Positions 17,578 through 27,648 of a stretch of DNA of 39,348 nt are shown here, one piece after another. This stretch comes from a virus. Positions within the stretch are counted from its first letter, which is position 1. The number at the start of each line of letters is the position of its first letter. Location of the stretch: the UHGV virus genome UHGV-0146801; one strand, written 5' to 3'. Under the pieces are notes generated by a model, which ran no database searches, was not told the origin of the DNA, and saw only the letters and a program-made list of their open reading frames with translations. The translations under genes and the position numbers were made by a program.

Positions 17578-18411
17578 ATGACAGTGAAAGCAAAGCGTTT
17601 TCGCATCGGGGTGGAAGGTGCCACTACCGACGGACGTGAAATCCAGCGTGAATGGCTGGAACAGATGGCAGCCAGCTACAACCCGGCGGTGTATACCGCG
17701 CTGATTAACCTTGAGCACATCAAGTCTTATCTGCCGGACAGCACCTTTAACCGTTACGGCAAGGTGACGGCGTTGTTTGCCGAAGAAATCACGGAAGGTC
17801 CGCTGGCAGGCAAGATGGCGCTGTATGCCGACGTTGAGCCAACGGAATCCCTGGTGGAGCTGGTGAAAAAAGGCCAGAAATTATTCACCTCTATGGAAGT
17901 CAGCCCGAAGTTCGCTGATACGGGCAAAGCCTACCTGGTCGGCCTGGCGGCCACTGATGACCCTGCCAGTCTGGGTACGGAAATGCTGACATTCAGCACC
18001 AGTGCAGCTCATAACCCGCTGGCAAACCGCAAGCAGAATCCTGCAAATCTCTTTACCGCTGCAGAGGAAACGGTGATCGAACTGGAAGAAATCCAGGATG
18101 ACAAACCGTCCCTGTTTGCCCGTGTCACGGCGTTGTTTACCAAAAAAGAACAGTCCGATGACGCCCGGTTCTCTGATGTGCATAAGGCCGTGGAGCTGGT
18201 TGCCACTGAGCAGCAGAACCTGAGCGCACGCACCGAAAAATCCCTGTCTGAGCAGGAAGAACGCCTGTCTGAGCTGGAGACTGCCCTGCAGGCACAGCAG
18301 ACCGCTTTTAACGAACTGGTGGACAAGCTGAGCCATGAAGACAGCCGCCAGGACTACCGCCAGCGTGCAACAGGCGGTAACGCCACCGCTGACACTCTGA
18401 CCAATTGCTGA
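17578..18411 (+). CDS. O: Capsid scaffolding protein, P2 gpO-like
   Basis: 277 aa; position and size. Confidence 0.85.
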   Translation: MTVKAKRFRIGVEGATTDGREIQREWLEQMAASYNPAVYTALINLEHIKSYLPDSTFNRYGKVTALFAEEITEGPLAGKMALYADVEPTESLVELVKKGQKLFTSMEVSPKFADTGKAYLVGLAATDDPASLGTEMLTFSTSAAHNPLANRKQNPANLFTAAEETVIELEEIQDDKPSLFARVTALFTKKEQSDDARFSDVHKAVELVATEQQNLSARTEKSLSEQEERLSELETALQAQQTAFNELVDKLSHEDSRQDYRQRATGGNATADTLTNC

Positions 18412-18427
18412 TGGAGCACAAAACCTG

Positions 18428-19486
18428 ATGAAGAAGAATACCCGCTTTGCTTTTAATGCTTACCTGCAGCAGCTGGCGCGTCTGAACGGTGTGGCAGTTG
18501 AAGAACTGTCCAGCAAGTTCACTGTGGAGCCGTCTGTACAGCAGACGCTGGAAGACCAGATCCAGCAGTCCGCCGCTTTCCTGACGCTGATTAACGTCAC
18601 GCCAGTGACTGAGCAGTCCGGTCAGCTGCTGGGGTTGGGTGTTGGTAGCACCATTGCCGGAACCACTGACACCACCGCGAAAGAGCGTGAACCTGTCGAT
18701 CCTACGCTGATGATCGATGTGGAATACAAATGCGAGCAGACCAACTTTGACACGGTACTGACCTACGCGAAGCTGGACCTGTGGGCGAAGTTTCAGGATT
18801 TCCAGGTGCGTATCCGTGACGCCATCGTGAAACGTCAGGCACTGGACCGCATCATGATCGGCTTTAACGGCGTGAAGCGTGCGAAAACCTCCAACCGTAG
18901 CGAAAACCCGCTGCTGCAGGATGTGAACAAAGGCTGGTTGCAGAAAATCCGTGAGGATGCACCGGATCACGTCATGGGCAGCACCACCACGGGCGGTGAA
19001 ACCACACCGGGCGCGGTGAAAGTCGGAAAAGGTGGCGAATATGCCAACCTGGACGCCGTGGTGATGGATGCCGTCAATGAGCTTATCGACGTGGTCTACC
19101 AGGACGATGACGATCTGGTGGTGATTTGCGGTCGTGAGCTGCTGTCTGACAAGTATTTCCCGCTGGTCAACAAAGAGCAGGAAAACAGTGAAAAACTGGC
19201 TGCCGATATGATCATCAGTCAGAAACGCATGGGAGGCCTGCAGGCCGTGCGTGCGCCGTTCTTCCCGCCGAATGCGCTGCTGATCACCCGTCTGGATAAC
19301 CTGTCCATCTACTGGCAGGAAGACACCCGCCGCCGTTCAGTTATCGACAACCCGAAACGTGACCGGATTGAAAACTTTGAATCCGTTAACGAAGCCTATG
19401 TGGTCGAGGACTACCGCTGCGCCGCACTGGTGGAAAACATCCAGATTGGCGATTTCAGCTCCGCCGCAGCAGAAACCGGAGAGTAA
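18428..19486 (+). CDS. N: Major capsid protein, P2 gpN-like
   Basis: 352 aa; position and size. Confidence 0.9.
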   Translation: MKKNTRFAFNAYLQQLARLNGVAVEELSSKFTVEPSVQQTLEDQIQQSAAFLTLINVTPVTEQSGQLLGLGVGSTIAGTTDTTAKEREPVDPTLMIDVEYKCEQTNFDTVLTYAKLDLWAKFQDFQVRIRDAIVKRQALDRIMIGFNGVKRAKTSNRSENPLLQDVNKGWLQKIREDAPDHVMGSTTTGGETTPGAVKVGKGGEYANLDAVVMDAVNELIDVVYQDDDDLVVICGRELLSDKYFPLVNKEQENSEKLAADMIISQKRMGGLQAVRAPFFPPNALLITRLDNLSIYWQEDTRRRSVIDNPKRDRIENFESVNEAYVVEDYRCAALVENIQIGDFSSAAAETGE

Positions 19487-19489
19487 TCC

Positions 19490-20140
19490 ATGAGCCTGAG
19501 TCCCGCACGGCAGCATCGCCTGCGCGTTCAGGCTGAACAGGCCGCCCGCGAGGGCGGCAGTGTTCGCCACGCATCGGGCTATGACCTGATGCTGCTGCAA
19601 CTGGCGGAAGACCGCCGCCGTCTCAAGGGCGTTCAGTCCACGGTCAAAAAAGCGGAAATCAAGGTGGAGCTGCTGCCGAAGTACGCCGCCTGGGCAGAGG
19701 GTGTCCTGGCTGCCGGAGGCGCTCAACAGGATGACGTGCTGATGTACGTGATGCTGTGGCGCATTGATGCCGGAGATTATGCCGGGGCGCTGGAGATCGG
19801 GCGTCATGCCCTGCGTCATGGCTGGGTGATGCCGCTGGGTAACCGCAACGTGCAGACCGTGCTGGCAGAGGAAATGGCAGACGCCGCGCAGAGCGCAATG
19901 CTTGCCGCCACCGGCTTTGATGCCGATCTGTTGCTGCAGACGCTGGAGCTGACAGACGGTCTGGATATGCCGGACCAGTCACGGGCGCGTCTGCATAAAG
20001 CGATTGGCGCTGTCCTGAGTGAAAGCAATCCGGCTTCCGCCCTTAATCATCTCAACCATGCGTTACAGCTCGATCCCCGCTGTGGCGTGAAAAAAGACAA
20101 ACAGCAGCTGGAGCGCAGACTGCGCAATGACAGCCGCTGA
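19490..20140 (+). CDS. M: Terminase small (endonuclease) subunit, P2 gpM-like
   Basis: 216 aa; resembles recalled P2 M (LRHA..Y..ML..LA.D...LK, DMPD motif). Confidence 0.85.
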   Translation: MSLSPARQHRLRVQAEQAAREGGSVRHASGYDLMLLQLAEDRRRLKGVQSTVKKAEIKVELLPKYAAWAEGVLAAGGAQQDDVLMYVMLWRIDAGDYAGALEIGRHALRHGWVMPLGNRNVQTVLAEEMADAAQSAMLAATGFDADLLLQTLELTDGLDMPDQSRARLHKAIGAVLSESNPASALNHLNHALQLDPRCGVKKDKQQLERRLRNDSR

Positions 20141-20235
20141 CAGAACGTGCCCCCGCGCACGGGCGGCACGGGGTGGCGAAAGGCACTACCACATCAAAAC
20201 CCCGTCCACCGCCCTCTATTTCAGGAGAAAGCAGC

Positions 20236-20700
20236 ATGAAGTTTGTTGCGCCAGAACAGGCACCGGAACAGGCGGAAATCATCAGAAATACGCCGTTCTG
20301 GCCTGATGTGGACCTGTCGGAGTTTCGCAGCGTGATGCGCACTGACGGCACGGTGACGCAGCCGCGTTTAAAGCAGGTTGCGCTGTCGGCAATTTCGGAG
20401 GTCAACGCAGAGCTGTATGAGTTTCGCAGACGTCAGCAGATGCTAGGGTATGCGTCGCTGGCTGAGATTCCGGCGGAACAGCTGGACGGCAAAAGTGAGC
20501 GCATCCAGCACTATTTCAACGCGGTTTACTGCTGGGCACGCGCCATGCTCAACGAACGATACCAGGACTATGACGCCACGGCATCCGGTGTGAAGCGAGG
20601 CGAGGAACTGGCGGAATCCAGCGGTGATTTGTGGCGTGACGCCCGCTGGGCCATCAGCCGGGTGCAGGATGCGCCGCACTGCACAGTGGAGCTTATCTGA
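20236..20700 (+). CDS. L: Head completion/stabilisation protein, P2 gpL-like
   Basis: ATG 20236 after AGGAG RBS; 154 aa. Confidence 0.8.
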   Translation: MKFVAPEQAPEQAEIIRNTPFWPDVDLSEFRSVMRTDGTVTQPRLKQVALSAISEVNAELYEFRRRQQMLGYASLAEIPAEQLDGKSERIQHYFNAVYCWARAMLNERYQDYDATASGVKRGEELAESSGDLWRDARWAISRVQDAPHCTVELI

Positions 20701-20903
20701 TGAAAGTGCGTGCGCATCAGTATGACACGGTGGACGCGCTTTGCTGGCGTCATTACGGGCGCACGCAGGGTGTCACGGAGCAGGTACTGAAGGCAAATTC
20801 GGGGCTTGCCGAATATGGCCCCTTTTTACCTCACGGGCTGCAGGTGGAGCTGCCGGACATTCCGACCACCACCACCGTGCAGACCGTCCAGCTATGGGAC
20901 TGA
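20700..20903 (+). CDS. X: Tail protein X, P2 gpX-like
   Basis: 67 aa, same size and position as P2 X. Confidence 0.8.
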   Translation: MKVRAHQYDTVDALCWRHYGRTQGVTEQVLKANSGLAEYGPFLPHGLQVELPDIPTTTTVQTVQLWD

Positions 20904-20906
20904 ATT

Positions 20907-21122
20907 ATGACGCTTGAGCGAATCAGCGCCTTTATCACGTACTGCATCGCCGTTGTGCTGGCCTGGCTGGGCGATTTGTCCATCAAGGATGCCTCAACGC
21001 TGGGCGGCCTGATGATTGGTGTGCTGATGCTGGCTATCAACTGGTACTACAAACACAAAGCTTACCAGCTTCTGCGCGACGGGCAGATCTCGCGGGAGGA
21101 CTATGAATCCATCAATCGTTAA
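20907..21122 (+). CDS. Y: Holin
   Basis: 71 aa with two hydrophobic segments; directly before the endolysin. Confidence 0.75.
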   Translation: MTLERISAFITYCIAVVLAWLGDLSIKDASTLGGLMIGVLMLAINWYYKHKAYQLLRDGQISREDYESINR

Positions 21123-21618
21123 ACGCTGCCTTGTCGGGGCCGTGCTGGCTATTGCTGCCACGCTACCGGGTTTTCAGCAGCTTCACACCTCCGTGGAGGG
21201 GCTGAAACTGATTGCCGATTACGAAGGCTGTCGTCTGCAGCCGTATCAGTGCAGCGCGGGTGTCTGGACCGACGGCATTGGTAATACATCAGGTGTCATT
21301 CCAGGAAAAACCATTACGGAACGACAGGCAGCGGAAGGGCTGATCTCCAACGTGCTACGTGTGGAGCGGGCGCTGGAAAAGTGTGTGAAGCAACAGCCGC
21401 CGCAAAAGGTGTATGACTCGGTGGTGTCGTTTGCCTTCAACGTGGGAACGGGCAATGCCTGCAGTTCCACGCTGGTGAAATTGCTCAACCAGCGGCGCTG
21501 GGCGGATGCGTGCCGACAGTTGCCGCGCTGGGTGTATGTAAAAGGTGTGTTTAATCAAGGGCTGGATAACCGCCGTGCGCGGGAGATGGCCTGGTGCCTT
21601 AAAGGAGCTGGACTATGA
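21103..21618 (+). CDS. K: Endolysin (lysozyme, P2 gpK-like, N-terminal signal-anchor)
   Basis: 171 aa; hydrophobic N-terminus then a lysozyme-like core (DYEGCRLQPYQC...GVWTDGIGNT). Confidence 0.85.
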   Translation: MNPSIVKRCLVGAVLAIAATLPGFQQLHTSVEGLKLIADYEGCRLQPYQCSAGVWTDGIGNTSGVIPGKTITERQAAEGLISNVLRVERALEKCVKQQPPQKVYDSVVSFAFNVGTGNACSSTLVKLLNQRRWADACRQLPRWVYVKGVFNQGLDNRRAREMAWCLKGAGL

Positions 21619-22043
21619 CACGTGCGCTGGCGGTAGTAGCGGCGCTGGCACTCGTTGCGCTGGGCTGGCAGTCGTGGCGGCTTAACAGCGCCAGCCACAC
21701 CATCGAAACGCAGCGCGCGGCGCTGAAAAGTAAAGCGCACGAACTAACGAAGAAAAATAGCCAGCTGATCAGTCTGTCCATTCTGGCTGAAACCAACAAC
21801 CGGGAGCAGGCGCGGCTCTATGCCGAAGCAGAACAGACCAGCGCGCTGCTGAGACAACGACAACACCGGATTGAGGAACTGAAACGTGAGAACGAGGATT
21901 TACGCCGCTGGGCTGATACTCCTTTGCCTGCTGACATTATCCGGCTGCGGAAACGTCCGGCATTCACCGGAGGTGCAGCTTACCGTCAGTGGTTGTCCGC
22001 GAGTGACGCCGTGTCGACTGGATCAGACAGCGCCGCGCACTAA
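21615..22043 (+). CDS. lysB: Inner-membrane spanin (LysB/Rz-like)
   Basis: 142 aa; N-terminal TM helix then coiled-coil-like charged region. Confidence 0.75.
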   Translation: MTRALAVVAALALVALGWQSWRLNSASHTIETQRAALKSKAHELTKKNSQLISLSILAETNNREQARLYAEAEQTSALLRQRQHRIEELKRENEDLRRWADTPLPADIIRLRKRPAFTGGAAYRQWLSASDAVSTGSDSAAH

Positions 22044-22176
22044 CGGTGATCTGAACACATTGCTGGACGAAACGGAGGCCGCCTGGGCGGTATGTGCAGA
22101 CAAAGTGGACATGATTATTGCGTGTCAGGAGCGAAACAGTGAACAAACCACAATCCCTGCGCCACGCCCTCAATAA
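21886..22176 (+). CDS. lysC: Outer-membrane lipoprotein spanin (LysC/Rz1-like), overlapping lysB in another frame
   Basis: 96 aa; signal peptide with lipobox LTLSGC; overlapped arrangement. Confidence 0.7.
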   Translation: MRTRIYAAGLILLCLLTLSGCGNVRHSPEVQLTVSGCPRVTPCRLDQTAPRTNGDLNTLLDETEAAWAVCADKVDMIIACQERNSEQTTIPAPRPQ

Positions 22177-22570
22177 AGCAGTGCCTTATGTCCGTAATAA
22201 CCCGGACAAACTGCATCTGTTTGTGGATAACGGTTCGCTGGTTGCCACGGGGGCCAGCTCCATGTCATGGGAGTACCGTTACACCCTGAACGTGGTGATT
22301 GAGGATTTCAGCGGCGACCAGAATCTGCTGATGGCCCCGGTTTTGCTGTGGCTGCGGGATAACCAGCCCGATGCCATCAATAACCCGGCGTTACGGGAAA
22401 AGCTATTCACCTTTGAGGTGGATATTCTGCGCAACGATGTCTGTGATATCAGCCTTAACCTGCAACTGACGGAACGTGTGCTGGTCAGCACTGACGGCAC
22501 TGTGTCCAGCGTTGAAGCTGTAGCGGAACCCGATGAACCTGAAGAAATGTGGACGGTGAAACGTGGCTGA
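22118..22570 (+). CDS. R: Tail completion protein, P2 gpR-like (true start may be GTG 22139)
   Basis: 150 aa; resembles recalled P2 R N-terminus. Confidence 0.8.
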   Translation: MRVRSETVNKPQSLRHALNKAVPYVRNNPDKLHLFVDNGSLVATGASSMSWEYRYTLNVVIEDFSGDQNLLMAPVLLWLRDNQPDAINNPALREKLFTFEVDILRNDVCDISLNLQLTERVLVSTDGTVSSVEAVAEPDEPEEMWTVKRG

Positions 22571-23009
22571 ACTGCAGAAGGTGGACGACTGGCTGAGTGC
22601 CTTGCTGGCGAATCTGGAACCAGCCGCAAGAAGCCGAATGATGCACCAGCTGGCACAGGAACTGCGGCGGACACAGCAGCAAAATATCAGGATGCAACGC
22701 AATCCTGATGGCAGCAGCTATGAACCGAGGCGAGTAACAGCACGCGGTAAAAAAGGTCGTATCAAACGTCAGATGTTTACAAAGCTGCGCACCACAAAAT
22801 ACCTGAAAACTGCCGCCAGCGCTGATTCTGCCAGCGTACAGTTTGAAGGTAAGGTGCAGCGTATTGCCCGCGTTCATCACTACGGCTTACGTGATCGCGT
22901 CAGTCGCAAAGGACCTGAGGTCCGTTACGCAGAGCGTCGCCTTCTGGGTGTAAATGATGATGTTGAGGCAATGACCCGCGACATGATTCTGCAATGGCTG
23001 GCGGGGTGA
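22563..23009 (+). CDS. S: Tail completion protein, P2 gpS-like
   Basis: 148 aa; position and size. Confidence 0.8.
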   Translation: MAELQKVDDWLSALLANLEPAARSRMMHQLAQELRRTQQQNIRMQRNPDGSSYEPRRVTARGKKGRIKRQMFTKLRTTKYLKTAASADSASVQFEGKVQRIARVHHYGLRDRVSRKGPEVRYAERRLLGVNDDVEAMTRDMILQWLAG

Positions 23010-23013
23010 TCTT

Positions 23014-23031
23014 TGTATCAGCACTGATACA
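23014..23031. promoter_or_regulatory. Late-promoter dyad TGT-N12-ACA upstream of V
   Basis: TGTatcagcactgatACA, itself nearly palindromic, about 45 bp upstream of the V start. Confidence 0.55.
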
Positions 23032-23077
23032 AGTTGCAGCACTGCCGGCTTTCTTCCCCTGATGGCAACCTTTCCCT

Positions 23078-23656
23078 ATGAACGCACAATTAACCGAAAT
23101 CATGCGCCTTATCACCAACCTGATCCGCACAGGTGTAGTCACCGAAGTGGACCGGGAAAACTGGCTTTGCCGGGTGAAAACGGGCGACCTTGAAACCAAC
23201 TGGATCAGCTGGCTGACGCTGCGTGCCGGTAATGCCCGCACATGGTGGCGACCATCGGAAGGTGAACAGGTGGTGCTGCTGAGTCTGGGCGGCAATCTTG
23301 AAACCGCCTTTGCGTTGCCCGCTGTCTATTCGAATCAGTTCGCTCCACCGTCGACGTCGGCGGACGCCTGCGTGACAGAACATCCTGACGGTGGCTGGTT
23401 TGAATACGAACCCGCCACCGGGCGCTGGTATGTCAGGGGCATCAAATCAATGGTCATTGAGGCCGCTGACAACATCACCATGAAAACCAGTGAGTTTGTA
23501 CTGGAGGCTGACCGCACGCGCATTAACAGCGAAGTGGTGATCAATGGTGGCGTTACCCAGGGCGGCGGAGCGATGAGTTCTAACGGGATCGTGGTTGATG
23601 CTCATCAGCATACTGGCGTCCTGAAAGGCGGCGATACAACCGGAGGCCCGGTATGA
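23078..23656 (+). CDS. V: Baseplate spike, P2 gpV-like
   Basis: 192 aa; position. Confidence 0.85.
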   Translation: MNAQLTEIMRLITNLIRTGVVTEVDRENWLCRVKTGDLETNWISWLTLRAGNARTWWRPSEGEQVVLLSLGGNLETAFALPAVYSNQFAPPSTSADACVTEHPDGGWFEYEPATGRWYVRGIKSMVIEAADNITMKTSEFVLEADRTRINSEVVINGGVTQGGGAMSSNGIVVDAHQHTGVLKGGDTTGGPV

Positions 23657-24012
23657 CGCTTTATAGCGGGATGAACAATACCAGCGGCAAAGTCATTACT
23701 GATATTGACCATCTGCGCCAGTCGGTGCGGGACATTCTGCTGACACCGCAGGGTAGCCGTATTGCCCGTCGTGAATATGGTTCCCTGCTGTCGGCACTGA
23801 TAGACCAGCCACAAAATCCAGCATTACGCCTGCAGGTCATGTCGGCAGTGTATGTGGCGCTGAGTCGCTGGGAGCCACGGCTGACGCTGGATTCCATCAC
23901 CATTAACAGCAATTTTGACGGTTCAATGGTGGTGGGGCTGACCGGGCGGCGTAATAACGGTGTGCCTGTTTCCCTTTCCGTATCAACAGGAGCAGAGAAT
24001 GGCAGTGATTGA
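23653..24012 (+). CDS. W: Baseplate wedge protein, P2 gpW-like (GPW/gp25 family)
   Basis: 119 aa; position. Confidence 0.85.
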   Translation: MTLYSGMNNTSGKVITDIDHLRQSVRDILLTPQGSRIARREYGSLLSALIDQPQNPALRLQVMSAVYVALSRWEPRLTLDSITINSNFDGSMVVGLTGRRNNGVPVSLSVSTGAENGSD

Positions 24013-24907
24013 CCTTTCGCAGTTGCCTGCGCCGCAGATTGTGGATGTGCCGGACTTTGAGACGCTGCTTGCCGAACGCAAGGCCGAATTTGTTGCGCTT
24101 CATCCGAAAGATGAGCAGGAAGCAGTGATCCGCACGCTGGAACTGGAATCTGAACCCGTCACCAAATTGCTGCAGGAGAACGCTTACCGTGAGTTGCTTC
24201 TGCGCCAGCGCATTAACGAAGCCGCACAGGCGGTAATGGTGGCTTACGCGATGGGCAGCGATCTTGACCAGCTCGCTGCCAACTACAACGTGAAACGCCT
24301 GACGGTGACGCCTGCTGATAATGACGCTGTGCCGCCCGTTGCAGCTGTGATGGAAAGCGATGAAGCGTTACGCCTGCGTGTGCCTGCAGCCTTTGAAGGG
24401 CTTTCAGTTGCGGGGCCAACTGCAGCTTATGAATTTCATGCCCGAAGCGCCGACGGTCGGGTGGCGGATGCCAGTGCAACCAGCCCGGCACCTGCAGAGG
24501 TGGTGCTGACTGTCCTTAGCCGCGAAGGCGATGGAACTGCAGAAAAAGACCTGCTGGACGTGGTGGAAAAAGCTCTGAACAGTGAGAACGTCCGCCCGGT
24601 GGCTGACCGTCTTACGGTTCGCAGCGCAGAAATCATCCCGTATCGCGTGGAAGCCACCATTTTTCTCTATCCGGGACCGGAAGCAGAGCCGGTAATGGCA
24701 GCGGCAAAAGCCAGCCTGCAGAAGTACATCGCCAGTCAGACGCGTCTTGGTCGGGATATTCGCCGTAGCGCCATCTTTGCCGCCCTGCATGTTGAGGGTG
24801 TGCAGCGTGTGGAGCTGGCTTCTCCTCTGGCGGATGTGGTCCTGAACAAAACACAGGCGGCATCATGTACGCAGTGGAGCGTAACCAACGGAGGAACGGA
24901 TGAATAG
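23999..24907 (+). CDS. J: Baseplate protein, P2 gpJ-like
   Basis: ATG 23999 gives MAVIDLSQLPAP N-terminus after AGGAG RBS; 302 aa. Confidence 0.85.
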   Translation: MAVIDLSQLPAPQIVDVPDFETLLAERKAEFVALHPKDEQEAVIRTLELESEPVTKLLQENAYRELLLRQRINEAAQAVMVAYAMGSDLDQLAANYNVKRLTVTPADNDAVPPVAAVMESDEALRLRVPAAFEGLSVAGPTAAYEFHARSADGRVADASATSPAPAEVVLTVLSREGDGTAEKDLLDVVEKALNSENVRPVADRLTVRSAEIIPYRVEATIFLYPGPEAEPVMAAAKASLQKYIASQTRLGRDIRRSAIFAALHVEGVQRVELASPLADVVLNKTQAASCTQWSVTNGGTDE

Positions 24908-25505
24908 TCTGCTGCCACCGGGTTCAACACCACTGGAGCGCCGACTGGCGCAAACCTGCAGCGGGATTTCTGATCTGCAGGTGCCGCTTCGTGACTTGTG
25001 GAGTCCGGCAACCTGTCCGGTCAGTTTCCTGCCTTATCTCGCCTGGGCGTTCTCTGTGGATCGCTGGGACGAGGGCTGGACAGAAAGCGTCAAACGCCAG
25101 GTGGTGAAGGATGCTTTTTATATTCATCAGCATAAAGGGACCACCAGTGCCGTGCGGCGGGTGGTGGAGCCGTTCGGCTTTCTGATCCGCATTATTGAGT
25201 GGTGGCAGACCGGAGAGGCACCAGGCACGTTTCGCCTGGATATCGGCGTGCAGGACCAGGGCATCACTGAAGATACCTATCTGGAACTTGAGCGACTGAT
25301 AAGCGATGCCAAACCATGTAGCCGCCACATGATCGGCATGTCCATCAATCTGCAGACCAGCGGCCCGCATTGGGTGGGAGCCGCCAGCTATCTTGGCGAA
25401 GAAATCACGATCTATCCGTATATCAACGAAACGATTATTTCCGGTGGCACCGCGCATGAAGGCGGGGCGGTCCATGTTATTGACACAATGAGAGTGAATC
25501 CATGA
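24900..25505 (+). CDS. I: Baseplate/tail protein, P2 gpI-like
   Basis: 201 aa; position. Confidence 0.8.
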   Translation: MNSLLPPGSTPLERRLAQTCSGISDLQVPLRDLWSPATCPVSFLPYLAWAFSVDRWDEGWTESVKRQVVKDAFYIHQHKGTTSAVRRVVEPFGFLIRIIEWWQTGEAPGTFRLDIGVQDQGITEDTYLELERLISDAKPCSRHMIGMSINLQTSGPHWVGAASYLGEEITIYPYINETIISGGTAHEGGAVHVIDTMRVNP

Positions 25506-27046
25506 GCACAAAATTTTATACCCTGCTGACGGATATTGGCGCGGCGAAACTTGCCAGCGCCGCCGCGCTCGGTGTGCCTTTAAAAATTACCCATATGGCG
25601 GTAGGCGATGGCGGCGGAACATTGCCAACGCCGGACGCAGAGCAGACAGCATTAGTAAATGAGAAACGCCGGGCTGCGCTGAATATGCTGTACATCGACC
25701 CGCAGAACAGCAGCCAGATTATTGCCGAACAGGTGATCCCTGAAAACGAGGGCGGTTGGTGGATACGTGAAGTGGGCTTGTTTGATGAGTCCGGGGCATT
25801 GATTGCCGTGGGCAACTGCCCGGAAAGCTATAAGCCGCAACTGGCTGAAGGTAGCGGGCGCACTCAGACCGTGCGCATGGTGCTGATTACCAGCAGCACG
25901 GACAATATCACCCTGAAAATCGACCCTGCCGTCGTGCTGGCAACCCGCAAGTATGTGGATGACAAGGTACTGGAGCTGAAGGTGTTCGTGGATGATAAGA
26001 TGGCAAAACATCATGCCGCACCGGACCCGCATTCACAGTATGCACCCAAAGAAAGCCCAACATTGACCGGAACACCCAAAGCGCCAACGCCAGCGGAGGG
26101 GAATAACACCACGCAGATTGCGACCACCGCGTTTGTTCAGGCGGCACTGATGGCCCTTATTAATGGTGCGCCAGCCACACTGGATACGCTGAAAGAAATT
26201 GCCGCTGCCATTAATAATGACCCGAAATTCAGTACCACCATTAACAATGCGCTGGCACTGAAAGCGCCGCTGTTAAGTCCGGCACTCACCGGAACGCCAA
26301 CAGCCCCCACTGCCGCACAGTCGGTTAACAATACACAGATTGCCACCACGGCTTTTGTGAAATCGGCAATTGCGGCAATGGTGGGGTCTGCACCTGCTGC
26401 ACTGGATACACTGAATGAACTGGCTGCGGCGCTGGGGAATGACCCGAACTTTGCCACGACAATGCTTAATGCGCTGGCAGGTAAACAACCGCTGGACAAT
26501 ACGCTGACTAATTTGAGTGGAAAGGATGTAGCTGGTCTTCTCGCATACCTTGGTTTGGGAGAAGGCTCTGCATTACCTGTTGGTGTGCCTGTTCCATGGC
26601 CTTCAGCCACACCGCCAACAGGCTGGCTGAAATGCAACGGTGCGGCATTTTCTGCTGAAGAATACCCGGAACTGGCAAAGGCTTACCCGACAAATAAATT
26701 GCCTGATTTACGTGGTGAGTTCATTCGTGGCTGGGATGATGAACGTGGTGTGGATAGTGGGCGAACTCTGCTTTCAGCGCAAGGAGATGCTATTCGAAAC
26801 ATTACTGGCGGTTTTGGTCAGTTGCGCGTAAACAGCGAAATTAATGCAATTGTCGATGTTCAAAGTGTGAGTGGGGCTTTTTACGGAGGTACCTCAGTCC
26901 GGAATAACATCAATGTATCTATGACATACGCTAATGACCGAAAAATCCGACAAGATGTTCACTTCTCGGCGGCAAATGTTGTTCCAACAGCAAATGAAAA
27001 TCGTCCACGTAACATCGCCTTTAATTATATTGTGAGGGCCGCATGA
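25502..27046 (+). CDS. H: Tail fibre protein, P2 gpH-like, with a switchable C-terminal segment
   Basis: 514 aa; repeated PTLTGTPKAPTPA/ALTGTPTAPTAA fibre motifs; C-terminal part lies inside the candidate invertible segment. Confidence 0.85.
   Translation: MSTKFYTLLTDIGAAKLASAAALGVPLKITHMAVGDGGGTLPTPDAEQTALVNEKRRAALNMLYIDPQNSSQIIAEQVIPENEGGWWIREVGLFDESGALIAVGNCPESYKPQLAEGSGRTQTVRMVLITSSTDNITLKIDPAVVLATRKYVDDKVLELKVFVDDKMAKHHAAPDPHSQYAPKESPTLTGTPKAPTPAEGNNTTQIATTAFVQAALMALINGAPATLDTLKEIAAAINNDPKFSTTINNALALKAPLLSPALTGTPTAPTAAQSVNNTQIATTAFVKSAIAAMVGSAPAALDTLNELAAALGNDPNFATTMLNALAGKQPLDNTLTNLSGKDVAGLLAYLGLGEGSALPVGVPVPWPSATPPTGWLKCNGAAFSAEEYPELAKAYPTNKLPDLRGEFIRGWDDERGVDSGRTLLSAQGDAIRNITGGFGQLRVNSEINAIVDVQSVSGAFYGGTSVRNNINVSMTYANDRKIRQDVHFSAANVVPTANENRPRNIAFNYIVRAA
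26550..26564. repeat. Left arm of 15-bp inverted repeat TTGGTTTGGGAGAAG (candidate invertase crossover site inside H)
   Basis: Perfect reverse complement at 28506..28520; encodes GLGE in the same reading frame in both copies. Confidence 0.5.
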
Positions 27047-27648
27047 TGAATAAAGCCGTATTGAATAGTGAACTCATTGCCATAAAAGCGGGAGACATTA
27101 TCATTTATAATTATGATGGTGAAACGCGGGAATATATTTCTACATCAACTGAATATCTCGCTGTCGGCGTCGGTATCCCGGCATGTTCCTGTTTGGATGC
27201 ACCAGGTACACATAAAGCTGGTTATGCAATCTGTCGCTCTGTAGATTTAAATTCATGGGAATATGTGCCAGACCATCGCGGTGAAGTTGTCTATAGTACC
27301 GAAACGGGAGATACCAAAGAAATCGCAGTTCCGGGTGATTATCCTGAAAATACAACCACTATCGCCCCGTTAACGCCATACGATGAATGGGATGGTGAGA
27401 AATGGGTGACCGATACTGAAGCACAGCATAGCGCCGCAGTAGGCGCGGCAGAAGCACAGCGTCAGTCACTGATTGATACTGCAATGGCTTCCATTAGTCT
27501 GATTCAACTGAAATTGCAGGCCGGGCGGAAGCTGACGCAGACAGAAAACACCCGACTTAACGCTGTGCTGGATTACATTGACGCGGTGACGGCAACAGAT
27601 ACCAGCACCGCGCCGGACGTCATCTGGCCTGAACTGCCGGAGGCGTAG
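27043..27648 (+). CDS. G: Tail fibre assembly chaperone, P2 gpG-like
   Basis: 201 aa; conserved C-terminal LDYIDAVTATDTSTAPDVIWPELP. Confidence 0.8.
   Translation: MMNKAVLNSELIAIKAGDIIIYNYDGETREYISTSTEYLAVGVGIPACSCLDAPGTHKAGYAICRSVDLNSWEYVPDHRGEVVYSTETGDTKEIAVPGDYPENTTTIAPLTPYDEWDGEKWVTDTEAQHSAAVGAAEAQRQSLIDTAMASISLIQLKLQAGRKLTQTENTRLNAVLDYIDAVTATDTSTAPDVIWPELPEA

Noticed and set aside
21615-22043. Calling 21615..22043 as P2 LysA
   Set aside because: A single N-terminal TM helix followed by a long charged coiled-coil region, with an embedded lipoprotein ORF (LysC), fits an Rz-like spanin (LysB) better; no separate LysA-like gene is evident.
26137-26637. 166-aa reverse-strand ORF inside tail fibre gene H
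   Set aside because: Antisense to H; mirror-image low-complexity translation of the fibre repeats with no RBS.
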